53,010 nt of DNA from Candidatus Pelearchaeum maunauluense (GTDB lineage Archaea > Thermoproteota > Nitrososphaeria_A > Caldarchaeales > Caldarchaeaceae): the NCBI GenBank assembly GCA_030059675.1, contig JANVYQ010000010.1, positions 1 through 53,010 on the forward strand. The letters are read 5' to 3'. This document shows positions 18,191 through 29,114 of the stretch, one piece after another. Position 1 is the first letter of the stretch. Each line of letters begins with the position of its first letter. The notes under the pieces are model-generated. The model was given only the letters and a program-made list of their open reading frames with translations. It was not told the DNA's origin and searched no databases. Position numbers and translations under genes: made by a program.

Positions 18191-20290
18191 CTAGGTCGGC
18201 GGAGGAGGTGGGGGAATATAGTATTGCCGCCTTCTGCCGTTAACAGCTATCAGCACGGCAGCCGCAAGAGCCGCGACTGCTATTATAAGAATATACGTTA
18301 ATAATACTCGCGCCTCCTGCTTCGTCCTCTAAAGAGCGCAGCCTAGCCTCGGTCTCTTCATACCTCTTTTTAAGGTCGTCCAGCTCGTTCTTCAGCTCCT
18401 CATTACGGCTCTTTAGTGCTTGAAGCTCCTGCGAAAGCTTCTTAGACTCTATTAAGTAGTCTAAAAGCCGCTCAGCCATGAGGGAGAACTTCAAAGCCTC
18501 GTCGTAAGCTATGAAGGCGTAGTCAAATGCTGACGCCTCCTGCGCTCCCAGGCCGTAGAACTCGCCCCAGCTGAAGAGATTAAACGCCCCTAACCTCGTT
18601 GATGGCAGCATCCAGCTCCTGCCGTATTTCCTCCAGTAGGGACTTCATACCGCTGGGCAGGTCTCCTCGCGTTATGCCGTTGTCCTGTGGGGTCTTCAAA
18701 GCATTATAGACTGTTTCGCCGTTCTGGAGATGAGGTATAGGTCTATACCTAGGTCTATAGAGTCTGCGTCCATGCTGCCGATATAATAGCCATCTTGGAA
18801 CATCCTAACTACTATAGCCGAGTCATACGACATGGGCGTAGCAGACCAGCTGTAGAGCATACTAAAGCTATACGCGCTCCAGGGTAGTGGTGAAGCGTCG
18901 TGAGGATGGCGCAGGAAGCGTGTGGCTGGTCTCGTGGAAGAGCGTGGGCGTGGGCCCCTCGGTCAAGAGCGTCTCTATATCAAGCGACGCTATAGCCCCG
19001 TCCTTAAATCCAACACCCACAACACCTGGGCTGCAAGTATAAACGCTGTACTGGAGGTCAAATACAAAGAGTGCTGTAACCACTGTGCGTACATTCTGAG
19101 GACGCTTTATGAAGGGTAGGTTGAAAACCTCACTGGGCACGGCATCGCAGTCTATCACCGCGTATCCATCCATCTCTATCAGCGTGGAGAACACCGTATT
19201 CCTAAGCCCAGAGTAGTCGTCAATATCAACAACCCGCGTATCTACTATCATGTAGGCGTATGGTATGAGCGCTGTAAGTGCGTCGCTAACCTGCTGGAAG
19301 TGAAGCCGCCCAGCTGCTCTATCGCAGAGTTATCGGATGTGGCGTCTATGATGATTAAATAGCTGTATAGATTAATTTCAAAGGAGAGTCTATAAAGGTA
19401 TCCGCGGAAGAATATGAAGAAGGTAATCTCGTATATGTAGGAGGATACGATGTTGTAGAACTCCTCCTCCGCGTTGGGTATGTTAATCAAGTCCCATCTA
19501 GAGGGATAGTAGTCAGCAGTAGCCCCCTTGCACATGCCTCCGCCCTCAAAAAGAGCACAGGGGTCTTGACCTACTGGTATTGTGTCTAGGTTTACGAAGT
19601 AAAGCCTGTTAAGCCCTCCAAAGGAGTTCATACCAGCAGATATTATATACTCGTCAGTCTCAGGCGATATGGCATCAACATAAAACGCTGTTATCGCCCG
19701 CTGTTCATCAAACGTTGTGAGGAAGTATATGGTGTAGTCTGAAGGGCTTATGTTTAGGTATTCTGGACCATTTTTATACAGCCATTCCTCAACCAGGAAT
19801 GCGTCAATCCAGATTATCGGAATATTGACTGGCTCATTTAATATGGTGCTTATGTAATAGTTGATTTGCTCATTATACTTTGCGATTATTTGCTCCGCCT
19901 TAGCGGGATTGAAGAACTGCCCCTCATTATCTTCTATAAACTTGATAAAATCATTAACCATCGCCGTTGGTGCGCGTATGATGTTCAGCTCTACGCTGGT
20001 GAAGTTTATTCCGAGATAGTGGCCCTCCTCAACCATGTATGGAGCATACCAGGGGAGTCGTTCCCTTACTTTCCGCGTTAGCAAATCTTCATTAACCTCA
20101 TACGTGCCGCCTATGAAGACTACGTTTATTTTGAGGGGTGTCTCTATCAGGATTTCGCGCGGCTCCCAGCCTTTCGTTAAGCTCTCTTCTTGGCTGGGGA
20201 GAGGTACTGACTGGGCTGGTGCGGTGATTGTGGCGAATAACAATCATATGAAGAGTATAGTGGAAATGCTAATTATTCTTACTTGACGGA
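18191..20290 (-). pseudogene. Fragmented membrane-anchored metzincin-like zinc metalloprotease
   Basis: ORFs 19248-20243, 18868-19251 and 18240-18611 join across frameshifts: signal peptide with in-frame TGA, HETSHTL/LRHPHD split by a frameshift, PMSY Met-turn, coiled coil, TM helix with RRR and PPPPPP tail ending at TAG 18191; 5' boundary approximate. Confidence 0.75.
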
Positions 20291-20301
20291 TATTTAGGCG
20301 T

Positions 20302-21174
20302 TCATAGGAGTTTTCTGAGTAGCTCAGTCGTCTCTGCGGGGGTTCTCGCTACATGAGCGCCTGCTGATGTTAGGGCTTTCATTTTGCTCTCAGCGTCTCC
20401 AGCTCCCATAGATATTATAGCCCCAGCATGGCCCATCCTCTTGCCTGGCGGCGCTGTCCTGCCCGCTATATATGCTACAACAGGCTTTTCGTAGCTTGTC
20501 TCCTTTATGTAGCTCGCGGCCCTCTCCTCCATGTCGCCGCCTATCTCCCCTATCAGCACAACCGCCCTAGTCTGGCCGTCCTTGCGGAACATCTCCAGAA
20601 CGTCTATGAAGCTCATACCCGTTATTGGGTCGCCGCCTATTCCTATCGCTGTTGATTGTCCTAGGCCTGCTTTTGTTATTGAGTGGGCTATCTCATAGGT
20701 GAGTGTACCGCTCCGCGATACTATGCCGACGCTGCCCCTGCTGAAGATGTGGCCTGGCATGATGCCCAGCTTACACTCGCCTGGCGTGATTACTCCAGGG
20801 CAGTTGGGGCCTATTATCTTCACACCGTTTAGACGCGCGTAGCGTATGAAGCGCATAGAGTCATGGACGGGTATGTGCTCTGTTATGACCACTATCAAGC
20901 CCACCCCAGCGTCTATGGCTTCATAAACAGCGTCAGGAGCGTATGGAGCTGGCACCATTATCATGGAGGCATTTATCTCAGGATGCTCGCGCATAGCTTC
21001 CCTAACTGTGTCATAAACAGGAACACCCTCAACACTCTGCCCTCCCTTGCCAGGGGTTACGCCAGCCACAATCTTAGAGCCGTATTGGAGCATGCTCTTG
21101 GTATGGAAGCTTCCCTGTCTTCCTGTTATGCCTTGGACGACTATGCGGGTCTCGCTATTTACTAGGATAGCCAT
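20302..21174 (-). CDS. sucD: Succinyl-CoA synthetase alpha subunit
   Basis: [30 protein letters not shown] phospho-His motif. Confidence 0.97.
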   Translation of the reverse strand: MAILVNSETRIVVQGITGRQGSFHTKSMLQYGSKIVAGVTPGKGGQSVEGVPVYDTVREAMREHPEINASMIMVPAPYAPDAVYEAIDAGVGLIVVITEHIPVHDSMRFIRYARLNGVKIIGPNCPGVITPGECKLGIMPGHIFSRGSVGIVSRSGTLTYEIAHSITKAGLGQSTAIGIGGDPITGMSFIDVLEMFRKDGQTRAVVLIGEIGGDMEERAASYIKETSYEKPVVAYIAGRTAPPGKRMGHAGAIISMGAGDAESKMKALTSAGAHVARTPAETTELLRKLL

Positions 21175-21181
21175 AGGTGTT

Positions 21182-22303
21182 TCACCCTTGAACTAGCTGC
21201 GCCGCCATCTGCGCGGCTTCTTCCATGGAGTCGTATGGGTAGAGGCCGCTCTCCCTCAGTATCTTCTTGCCCTCCTCCTCGCGTGTCCCCATCATGCGCA
21301 CAACGACCTTCTTACCAGCGCCATGAGCTTTGACCGCTGAGACTAGGCCTTTAGCCACCTCGTCGCACCGCGTTATTCCACCCAATACATTCACGAATAG
21401 AACCTTGACGCGCGGATGTCTGAGCAATAACGATGCTGCCTTCTCAACTATCTCCTCACTGGCGCCTCCGCCTATGTCTAGGAAGTTTGCAGGCCTCCCA
21501 CCCATCTCCTTAACAACATCCATAGTGGCCATCGTGAGGCCAGCGCCGTTTCCGATAATCCCTATATCGCCATCAAGCTCAACATAGCTAAAGCCCATCC
21601 TCCTGGCCTCAACCTCAAAAGACTCTCCAACCTCGCTGCGCCGGAACTGGCTATGCCTAAACAGGGAGTTATCATCAACCAGTATCTTCGCGTCAATAGC
21701 TACCAGACCGCCGCTGGTTATGGCTAGTGGGTTAATCTCAGCCAACTCGCAGTCGTTTTCTACGAAGAGCTTGTATAGAGATGTGAGAACCTGCGGCAAT
21801 TGTTTGGAGTATTTCTCATCCAAACCCATGAAGTTCTGTATATTTCTTAGATGGTGCGGCCTAAGCCCTATGAGGGGGTCTACGTGGAGTTGTATGAGCT
21901 TTTCAGGTGATGTGCGCGCCAGCTCCTCTATCTCCACACCGCCCTCTGGCGAGGCTATGACCAGCGGCATACCGCGCGACCTGTCTATTATGACGCTCAG
22001 ATAGAGCTCCCCCTCTACTTCCTGATACTCTGAGATGAGCACAGACTCTACCTTCTCACCCTTTATCGCCGTTCCTATCATCTTAGACGCTATCTCTGCT
22101 GCCTCTTCTGGCGTGTGCGCGAATTTTATCCCCCCAGCCTTTCCGCGTCCAGCTACGAGTACCTGCGCCTTGACAACAACCCTCCCGCCTATTTCACGCG
22201 CTATCTTGAGAGCCTCCTCCCCGCTCCGCGCCAAGCCATAACGCGGAACAGGAATGCCATAAGCTGTGAAGAGCTCACGCGACTCATACTCATGTAACTT
22301 CAT
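21182..22303 (-). CDS. sucC: Succinyl-CoA synthetase beta subunit
   Basis: [41 protein letters not shown]. Confidence 0.97.
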   Translation of the reverse strand: MKLHEYESRELFTAYGIPVPRYGLARSGEEALKIAREIGGRVVVKAQVLVAGRGKAGGIKFAHTPEEAAEIASKMIGTAIKGEKVESVLISEYQEVEGELYLSVIIDRSRGMPLVIASPEGGVEIEELARTSPEKLIQLHVDPLIGLRPHHLRNIQNFMGLDEKYSKQLPQVLTSLYKLFVENDCELAEINPLAITSGGLVAIDAKILVDDNSLFRHSQFRRSEVGESFEVEARRMGFSYVELDGDIGIIGNGAGLTMATMDVVKEMGGRPANFLDIGGGASEEIVEKAASLLLRHPRVKVLFVNVLGGITRCDEVAKGLVSAVKAHGAGKKVVVRMMGTREEEGKKILRESGLYPYDSMEEAAQMAAQLVQG

Positions 22304-22354
22304 CGCAAGACAAGCCTGTTTCCCCTCTATAAATCCCTAATACCCATTCTCGGC

Positions 22355-23023
22355 TCATCTGGGTAGGTCCTCAAGGTATTGTGTCTCGTCTCTCTGCTTA
22401 GCTTCTCTAAACGCCCGCCTCCTAGACTGGCATCCAGGGCAGAGACCGCAGTGCTTTTGCTCCATCTTCCAACAACTCCATGTCATGCTGAGCGGAGCTC
22501 CGAGACGTGCTCCCAGCCTAACTATTTGGGGCTTTGTTAGGCGTATGAGCGGCGTTATTATCCTGACAGCCGAGATTCCGAGTGAGATGTCTAGAAGCTC
22601 GTTAAGACGCGCTAGGTAGCTGGAGTTGGCGTCGGGCAGGTTAACTTGGTCTTCAAGTGTATGCCCCCCAGCAACCGCTTCGGCCTCATACTGGATAGCC
22701 ATGTGAGCCGCGATTGAGTAGAAGATAACATTCCTGAAAGGAGCCATAACGCTAGGCGGGTTAGCTAGAATCTCCATCCACTTATCGCGGAGATGAGGCT
22801 CAAAATCATAAAGCTCCCTGACGAATGAAAGGTCTAGGGTTATCAAATCCTCATATTCGCATAGCTGTGTTATGCGTTCGGCAGCCTCAACCTCCCTGGG
22901 GTTGCGTTTATAGTAGTTTATGCCTAGGATTATCGGGTTCCATCGCTCAGCTATCAGCTTCCACAACATTACCGTTGAGTCTATGCCGCCTGAGAATAGG
23001 ACTATAACCCGCCTGCTCATCAC
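22355..23023 (-). CDS. queC: 7-cyano-7-deazaguanine synthase
   Basis: SGGIDS PP-loop, PFRN, TWSC...HCGLCPGC zinc site. Confidence 0.92.
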   Translation of the reverse strand: MMSRRVIVLFSGGIDSTVMLWKLIAERWNPIILGINYYKRNPREVEAAERITQLCEYEDLITLDLSFVRELYDFEPHLRDKWMEILANPPSVMAPFRNVIFYSIAAHMAIQYEAEAVAGGHTLEDQVNLPDANSSYLARLNELLDISLGISAVRIITPLIRLTKPQIVRLGARLGAPLSMTWSCWKMEQKHCGLCPGCQSRRRAFREAKQRDETQYLEDLPR

Positions 23024-23029
23024 GTTCTC

Positions 23030-23683
23030 CTACACTGACGAGAGGGCAGACTTGCCGAAGCCCTCAAACATCTTAACAACAACTCTGCGTACATTTCTGG
23101 AAACTTCAACAGCTATCCGCCGCGCTATGTGCTCCGAGATATTCTCAACCGTTGACTCGCCTTCAATTATATAGACCGAGGAGCTGGGGAGCTCCAGCAC
23201 GTATCTACCGCCTTTCCCAATGAAACTAACGCGGATATAATCGCCGTTGGCCTCCACGTATCGCCGCGCTACGATTAGCTTATGGTCAAGCTCGCCCAGA
23301 ACACGCTTCACAAGACTCTTAGCCTCCCCAAACTCCACGACCATATCATCGCTCACGAAGCCGCTGAGCTCAACAACGATACGTGAGGAGTGTCCATGAA
23401 GGACTGAGCATTTGGGAGATGATGGGAGGAAGTGCGCGTAATCAAAGTTTAGCGAAGCGTCGCTTATCTCTATCGTCTTCATGGCTGGCTGCTCCTCAGA
23501 TAGCTGCGGGGCAATCGCGTCAACGTCAATCTCGCCGCGCTCGGTTAGGAACAGCGTCTTCCCACCGCGCTCAACAACACTATAGCTTATAGACAGCTTA
23601 TCAAGCAACATAGCAGCCTGCAAATGACGGTACGAGGGTAGGACATTACCCCTCTGGTCTACGAACTTCGCCGATGTGGCCAT
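23030..23683 (-). CDS. queD: 6-carboxytetrahydropterin synthase with N-terminal extension
   Basis: FDYAHFL, KCSVLHGHS, LDHK, STVENIS, FEG; about 65 extra N-terminal residues. Confidence 0.85.
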   Translation of the reverse strand: MATSAKFVDQRGNVLPSYRHLQAAMLLDKLSISYSVVERGGKTLFLTERGEIDVDAIAPQLSEEQPAMKTIEISDASLNFDYAHFLPSSPKCSVLHGHSSRIVVELSGFVSDDMVVEFGEAKSLVKRVLGELDHKLIVARRYVEANGDYIRVSFIGKGGRYVLELPSSSVYIIEGESTVENISEHIARRIAVEVSRNVRRVVVKMFEGFGKSALSSV

Positions 23684-23721
23684 TACCTGCTCCGCGCCGT
23701 GTAGGGGATATATATCTTTGT

Positions 23722-25152
23722 TTAAACAGCCCTAGACTGATAACGCTTATGCATCTCATCATCGTAGTTGTGGTACTTTAGTATGATTGGGCACCACTCC
23801 TTCTCAGGGCAGTAGCCCAGCATCTTGCATTTTTCGCCCATGACCCCAGCGAGCCGCTGGTCGTATCGCTCTATCTCGCGCCAAACCCTATACGCTATCC
23901 CCCTCTCCTCCCACTGCGTCGTGCTGCATGTTCTAGTGCCTATGAAGCCCTGCGGATAGAGTAGGTTATACCCATTATACATCCTCACCACGTATATTCT
24001 GAGAGCCTGCGGTAGGATGTAGCACGCCGAGGAGGGGCGAACACCCCCTCTAATCATCTTACTATACAAGCGCAGCGCATTCTCCGAAGTCTTGAGAAAG
24101 AGCCTAGCCAGGTTGTCGTCCTTCTTCACAGAGGGAGGTATAACAATATTCCTCTCAGGCTCGCTCAGAGCTCTCTCCGCCGCTGTATGTATGGACTCAA
24201 CCGCTGTGGGGACTGTTCTATGCCTAATCGCCTGATGATAAGCCACCAACGACATCGGCTCTAGGGTTATCGCTTGTATGAGCGGGTTTAGAGAATCCGC
24301 CTCCTCCTTATCCTCAGCCGCGAAAACATCTCTGATTGACGCTATATCGCCAGCGAGATTGGTTATTCCAATAACTATAGCCTCATCAGGCTCCCCCCTC
24401 TCCCTCACCAGCCTCTCCAATAGTTTATCACCCTTCTTGAACGGGTTGGGATAAGGATACGTGGTGAGCCTATTCCTGAAGAATAGACGCGCCTCAAGAA
24501 TAGCTGGCGAGATCTCCGAGAGCATCCTAACAAGCTCTGCAACAAATACTCTAAGCTCCCAAGGTGTATATGGCTCCTGGCCGTGTTGTTCGGCGTATTG
24601 AATCAGCCCAACATAGTTCTCAAAGCTTATGCTGGCGAAGAGCGAGGTCTTAACGCCGAGTGGGAGAACATACCGCGCGTCCTCAAGCTCTATACCGTTC
24701 TCAATAAGCTCATCATACACAGCAAGCATCTCGCCAAAAGTATCTCGGTAAATCTCCTCATGAGCACCTAGGTCGGGTGGAGTTATCAAATAGCTCGCAT
24801 CAACCCTCTTACGCCTCTGCGACTCCTGCAAATAAGAGCCGAAGGGCGGGCTCACAAGCATAAGCGAGAGAACTCTACTACACTCCATCACCTCAAACTG
24901 GATATTGAGAGACGTGGTTATCGATGCATGCCCCCGCCTAGTGGATTCGCGGTGAACCCTAGTCATTACCTTGTGAATATCCTTACCACCCGCGAGGAGG
25001 TCGCGTAGCTTCTGCTCAAACGTAACGCCCTCAAACGTCCCTATGCCCTCAAGAGCTATGAAGACATCAGGCCCTACACTAAACTCCTCATCATCTAGCT
25101 TAACGCTTGTCTTTGGGCCGTAGTTATGCAGTTTCACCCGAACCATCTTCAA
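23722..25152 (-). CDS. thyX: Flavin-dependent thymidylate synthase, tandem-domain form
   Basis: RRGHASI, QESQR and EDARYVLP in domain 1; HQAIRHR, YILPQA, RTCSTTQWE and CPE..WC in domain 2. Confidence 0.85.
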   Translation of the reverse strand: MKMVRVKLHNYGPKTSVKLDDEEFSVGPDVFIALEGIGTFEGVTFEQKLRDLLAGGKDIHKVMTRVHRESTRRGHASITTSLNIQFEVMECSRVLSLMLVSPPFGSYLQESQRRKRVDASYLITPPDLGAHEEIYRDTFGEMLAVYDELIENGIELEDARYVLPLGVKTSLFASISFENYVGLIQYAEQHGQEPYTPWELRVFVAELVRMLSEISPAILEARLFFRNRLTTYPYPNPFKKGDKLLERLVRERGEPDEAIVIGITNLAGDIASIRDVFAAEDKEEADSLNPLIQAITLEPMSLVAYHQAIRHRTVPTAVESIHTAAERALSEPERNIVIPPSVKKDDNLARLFLKTSENALRLYSKMIRGGVRPSSACYILPQALRIYVVRMYNGYNLLYPQGFIGTRTCSTTQWEERGIAYRVWREIERYDQRLAGVMGEKCKMLGYCPEKEWCPIILKYHNYDDEMHKRYQSRAV

Positions 25153-25195
25153 TCACTTGGGCTTTTTATCTCCCTTTAGGAGCGCTGCACCCGTT

Positions 25196-26143
25196 CTAGT
25201 CGCTCTCTATTTCTTGTATTGTGGCTAGGTGTAGGAATGGTAGAACTATAGTGGCGTCTGCTTTCACGAATGTATGCCGTGCGCGTGGCGCTATCTTCCT
25301 CCAAGATACCGCTTCACGCGGCCTAGCGCCGCTCAGACTCCCATCATACTCGTCCGCCGTTGTTACGTAGATGGCGTAATCCAAGCCATCGCCGGCAAAC
25401 TGGCTCCACCAGATAACGTGATGCTTGGAAATACCGCCACCAACTATTAACGCACCAGTTCTCTTGGCTTCCCACATCCTTTCACTCAACAACCCCTCAT
25501 CGCGCATTAAGTCTATCCTTATCCTACGCCTCTGGGAGTGGAGCCAGAGCTGATACCCAACCGCCCCATCCACAATCCCAGGAACTATGACGGGAATCCT
25601 ATTCCTACTACACCAATAGAGAAAAGAGTCTTCACTATCAATAAACTCGCCCAGCAGCCACGAAAGCTCATAAGTAGAGAGAACACTATCCAGGCTGAGT
25701 CTTTCAACGAATTCGGAGAACTTTTGCTCAATAATCTCACCATAGTTGGAAGACCTTATGAAAATGCTGCCAAGCCTATGATAGTCGTGTTCCCTAAGCT
25801 CCACGTCATCAGCGTCAAAGCTCCCCCTCTCATAGTCCCTAAACGACCTAGCCAAATCATGGTCAAGGGCGCCGCATGTCGTTACAACGATGTCAAACAT
25901 CTTGCGGCGCGCCATGTCTGTTAAAACGCCGCGAAGGCCTGTTGCCATCAAGTTGCCCGTGAATGACAATATCCTCGTACAATCATGGTCGCGTAACATC
26001 TCGACCATTATCTCGAATGCTTCAGCCATATACGCGGCCATAAAGCCGCCAGAAAAGCGCATCATGCGCATAACATCCCTGACAGAGTGGCCGCGCGACA
26101 GCTTAATGTCCAGCACCTTGCCGAAGTCCCGAGTCATAGCCAC
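25196..26143 (-). CDS. dys: Deoxyhypusine synthase
   Basis: FTGNLMATGLRG, GGGISKHH, DGSLSGARPREAVSWRK. Confidence 0.94.
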   Translation of the reverse strand: MAMTRDFGKVLDIKLSRGHSVRDVMRMMRFSGGFMAAYMAEAFEIMVEMLRDHDCTRILSFTGNLMATGLRGVLTDMARRKMFDIVVTTCGALDHDLARSFRDYERGSFDADDVELREHDYHRLGSIFIRSSNYGEIIEQKFSEFVERLSLDSVLSTYELSWLLGEFIDSEDSFLYWCSRNRIPVIVPGIVDGAVGYQLWLHSQRRRIRIDLMRDEGLLSERMWEAKRTGALIVGGGISKHHVIWWSQFAGDGLDYAIYVTTADEYDGSLSGARPREAVSWRKIAPRARHTFVKADATIVLPFLHLATIQEIESD

Positions 26144-26239
26144 TAAGAGGAGAGTCCGAGCTGACCATTAAAGGGTTTGGCTCCCGCTTATTGGAACGCT
26201 TATATACGCAGCGCGGCTACACGGCTGCGGTGCCAGTAT

Positions 26240-27718
26240 ATGGTTCAGCAGAAGCTGGAGCTTGGCCGCTATGCGAACTTCATAGCTTCTGAGTGGATAA
26301 GCCCGTCAACAGGGAAATACTACACGCGCGAGAATCCCGCGACGCTTGAGCCTCTCGCCGAGCTGCCCAGCTCAGGCAGGGATGACGTAAACCACGCCGT
26401 AGAGGCCGCGCGAGAGGCTTTCGAGAAGAGCGACTGGGCTACGCGCAGACCAGCTGAACGGGCTAGAGCGCTGTTGAAGCTGGCGCAGATAATCCGCGAG
26501 GAGTCGGATAGGCTTGCGCGTATATTAACCCTCGAAAACGGGAAGCCGCTCAAATTCGCCAAGGGAGAGTTCATCTTCACAGCAGATGTATTCGAGTTCT
26601 ACGCTGGCCTGGCTAGGCAGGTAATGGGTGAGAGCTACCAAAACTCCTCACAGATATACTCCATAGCGAGTAAGGAGCCAGTCGGCGTATGCGGCATGAT
26701 AACGCCATGGAACTTCCCAATCTCTCTCCTTGCGTGGAAGCTCGCCCCAGCCCTAGCTGTAGGATGCACAGTAGTAGTGAAGCCCTCAAGCTACACAACG
26801 GCAATAACCTTCGAATTCCTAAAACTCTTTGAACGAGTCCAAGAAATACCGAAAGGCGTAGTAAACTGCGTCTCTGGGCCAGGCTCGGTAGTTGGGATGG
26901 AGCTGGTTAGGCATAAGGACGTGAATAAGATAGGATTCACTGGCGAGACTGGGACTGGTAAGGTGATAATGCAGAACGCGGCCATGAGCCTTAAGAGGGT
27001 CTCGCTGGAGTGTGGCGGTAAATGCCCCAACATAGTCTTTGAGGATGCCGACATGAATAAAGCCCTGCCTGGCGCTGTGTGGGGTGCTTTCAGGAACAGC
27101 GGCCAAGTATGCACGGCAGGCTCGCGCCTACTGGTGCAAGAGAGCATATATGACGAGTTCATGGAGAAGTTCGTGGAGAAGACGAAGGAGATGAAGGTGG
27201 GAAACGGCCTTGAGCCAGACGTGGTCTTAGGGCCTTTAATATCCAAAGACCAGCTTGAGAAGGTCCTGCAATACGTGGAGATAGGAAAGCAGGAAGGCGC
27301 TAAGGTTCTCTATGGTGGTAGGAGGTTATCAGAGAAGGGGTATTTCATGGAGCCGACAATCTTCGTTGATGCAGACAATAGTATGAGGATTTCTCAGGAG
27401 GAGATTTTCGGGCCCACTGTTACTGTTATAAAGTTCCGCGACGAGGAGGAGGCTGTCAAGATAGCTAACGACACAGTGTACGGGCTCGCCGCCGCGTTGT
27501 GGACGAATAACCTACAGCGCGCCATGAGGGTCAGTAGCCAGCTCAAGGCTGGGACTGTCTGGGTTAATACATACGCCGACCTCTACCCAGAGATGCCGTT
27601 CGGCGGCTATAAGGAGAGCGGCTTAGGTAGGGAGCTGGGCCGCGAGGGGCTGGAAGAATACCTAGAGACCAAGCACATAAACTTCGACATGAGGCCGCAG
27701 GTGGTTATGTGGCGCTAA
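26240..27718 (+). CDS. NAD(P)-dependent aldehyde dehydrogenase
   Basis: PWNFP, FTGET, LECGGK, GQVCTAG, EEIFGP, PFGGYKESG; start placed at ATG 26240. Confidence 0.95.
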   Translation: MVQQKLELGRYANFIASEWISPSTGKYYTRENPATLEPLAELPSSGRDDVNHAVEAAREAFEKSDWATRRPAERARALLKLAQIIREESDRLARILTLENGKPLKFAKGEFIFTADVFEFYAGLARQVMGESYQNSSQIYSIASKEPVGVCGMITPWNFPISLLAWKLAPALAVGCTVVVKPSSYTTAITFEFLKLFERVQEIPKGVVNCVSGPGSVVGMELVRHKDVNKIGFTGETGTGKVIMQNAAMSLKRVSLECGGKCPNIVFEDADMNKALPGAVWGAFRNSGQVCTAGSRLLVQESIYDEFMEKFVEKTKEMKVGNGLEPDVVLGPLISKDQLEKVLQYVEIGKQEGAKVLYGGRRLSEKGYFMEPTIFVDADNSMRISQEEIFGPTVTVIKFRDEEEAVKIANDTVYGLAAALWTNNLQRAMRVSSQLKAGTVWVNTYADLYPEMPFGGYKESGLGRELGREGLEEYLETKHINFDMRPQVVMWR

Positions 27719-27776
27719 CCCATCTCGCAAAAACCTTATTATAGCGTGGGCCTCTGTCAGAGCATAGTGTTAGGGT

Positions 27777-28061
27777 ATGCCGTTTAAGCGGAAGAGTCGT
27801 GGAAGGGCTAAGGGGTCAAAGGGGAAAGAGCCTACAGTTCAGTGCGATAACTGCGGCGCATACGTTCCACGAAGCAAGATTCAACGAGTAACGCGGCGTG
27901 TCTCGCTGGTTAGCGGAGACCTAGTCCGGGAGCTCAGAGAGAAGGGCGCATACTTGGCAGAGAACGTGGTTGTGAAAAGTTTCTGCATAAGCTGCGCCAT
28001 ACACTACGGCATCCTCAAGGTTAGAGCGCGCGACGAGAGGAAGCCGCAGCAATTTATGTGA
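27777..28061 (+). CDS. rps26e: 30S ribosomal protein S26e
   Basis: KRKSRGRAKG, VQCDNCG..VPR.K, CISCAIH, VRAR. Confidence 0.95.
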   Translation: MPFKRKSRGRAKGSKGKEPTVQCDNCGAYVPRSKIQRVTRRVSLVSGDLVRELREKGAYLAENVVVKSFCISCAIHYGILKVRARDERKPQQFM

Positions 28062-28121
28062 TTGGTAATAAAGTCTTTATACAAGCGCCTAATGCTTGCT
28101 GTTTAGGTGGGGGATGTAAGC

Positions 28122-29114
28122 ATGTCGGCGGGTGCTGGGGAAGGTGGAGGGCTCATCAGCCCAGCCAGACTCTCACTCATAAAACTCCGACTAGCGATGA
28201 TAGGGACATGGGCCATAATAACGGCGCTCGTATCACTCCTATTCATAGCCGTCCTAAGCTACCTAAGACTACCTTTCTACGGCCTCTACGGGCTACTGGG
28301 CTTCGTGGTCTTCTTCCACCTAATACAATGGATAGCAGGCCCACACCTGGTTAACGCTGTCTATCGCGTGAAACCAGCGGACGAGAGGGAGTTTGCGTGG
28401 CTGCACCAGATGGTTAGGCGGCTTGCGGAGGCCAGCAACCTAAAGAAAACGCCGAAGGTTATGATTGCCGACATAGATATTCCAAACGCTTTCGCCTACG
28501 GTAGCCCAACGACGGGGCCGATGGTTGCGGTTACGCGCGGCCTTATCAGGAGCCTGCCCCGTGATGAGGTTGAGGCGGTTATAGGCCACGAGGTTGGCCA
28601 CCTGAAGCACCGCGATATAGCTGTGATGCTCATGATAAGCATAATCCCAGCACTCATCTACTACCTAGGCCACATGCTCTACATCTCAGGCTGGTTCGGC
28701 GGTTATAGGGACAGGGGTGGAGGAGGCGCACTACTACTAGTGGGGATAGGGTTGATGGTAGCCAGCTTCATCTTCAACCTCTTCGTCTTCTACATGAGCA
28801 GGCTACGCGAATACTATGCTGATTCCCATGCAGCGATGGTGGTGAAGGATGGGGCGAGAAAGCTCCAGAGAGCGCTTGTGAGGATAATGCAGGGGAGCGG
28901 CAGGTTCAGGAGAGCAGAGCTAAGCCACTACAGCCAGTTCAAGGCATTCTTCATAGCAGACCCAGAAGAGCCGCTAAGAGTAGAGGGCGACGTTGACGCT
29001 ATTGTTGAAGAGCTGAAGAACCAGAAGCCAAGCATATGGGCTGAGCTATTCAGCACGCACCCACATCCAGCCAAGAGGCTACGACACCTAGACAAGTTTA
29101 TGGGCTACTCGTGA
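28122..29114 (+). CDS. htpX: Membrane zinc metalloprotease HtpX
   Basis: PNAFAYG, HEVGHLKHRD, SRLREYYAD, STHP; start placed at ATG 28122. Confidence 0.93.
   Translation: MSAGAGEGGGLISPARLSLIKLRLAMIGTWAIITALVSLLFIAVLSYLRLPFYGLYGLLGFVVFFHLIQWIAGPHLVNAVYRVKPADEREFAWLHQMVRRLAEASNLKKTPKVMIADIDIPNAFAYGSPTTGPMVAVTRGLIRSLPRDEVEAVIGHEVGHLKHRDIAVMLMISIIPALIYYLGHMLYISGWFGGYRDRGGGGALLLVGIGLMVASFIFNLFVFYMSRLREYYADSHAAMVVKDGARKLQRALVRIMQGSGRFRRAELSHYSQFKAFFIADPEEPLRVEGDVDAIVEELKNQKPSIWAELFSTHPHPAKRLRHLDKFMGYS

Noticed and set aside
22355-23683. queC/queD as a 7-deazaguanine DNA-modification (dpd) or Qat-type defence system
   Set aside because: No DpdA/TGT-like, ATPase, TatD or nuclease partners nearby; the housekeeping context fits archaeosine precursor synthesis
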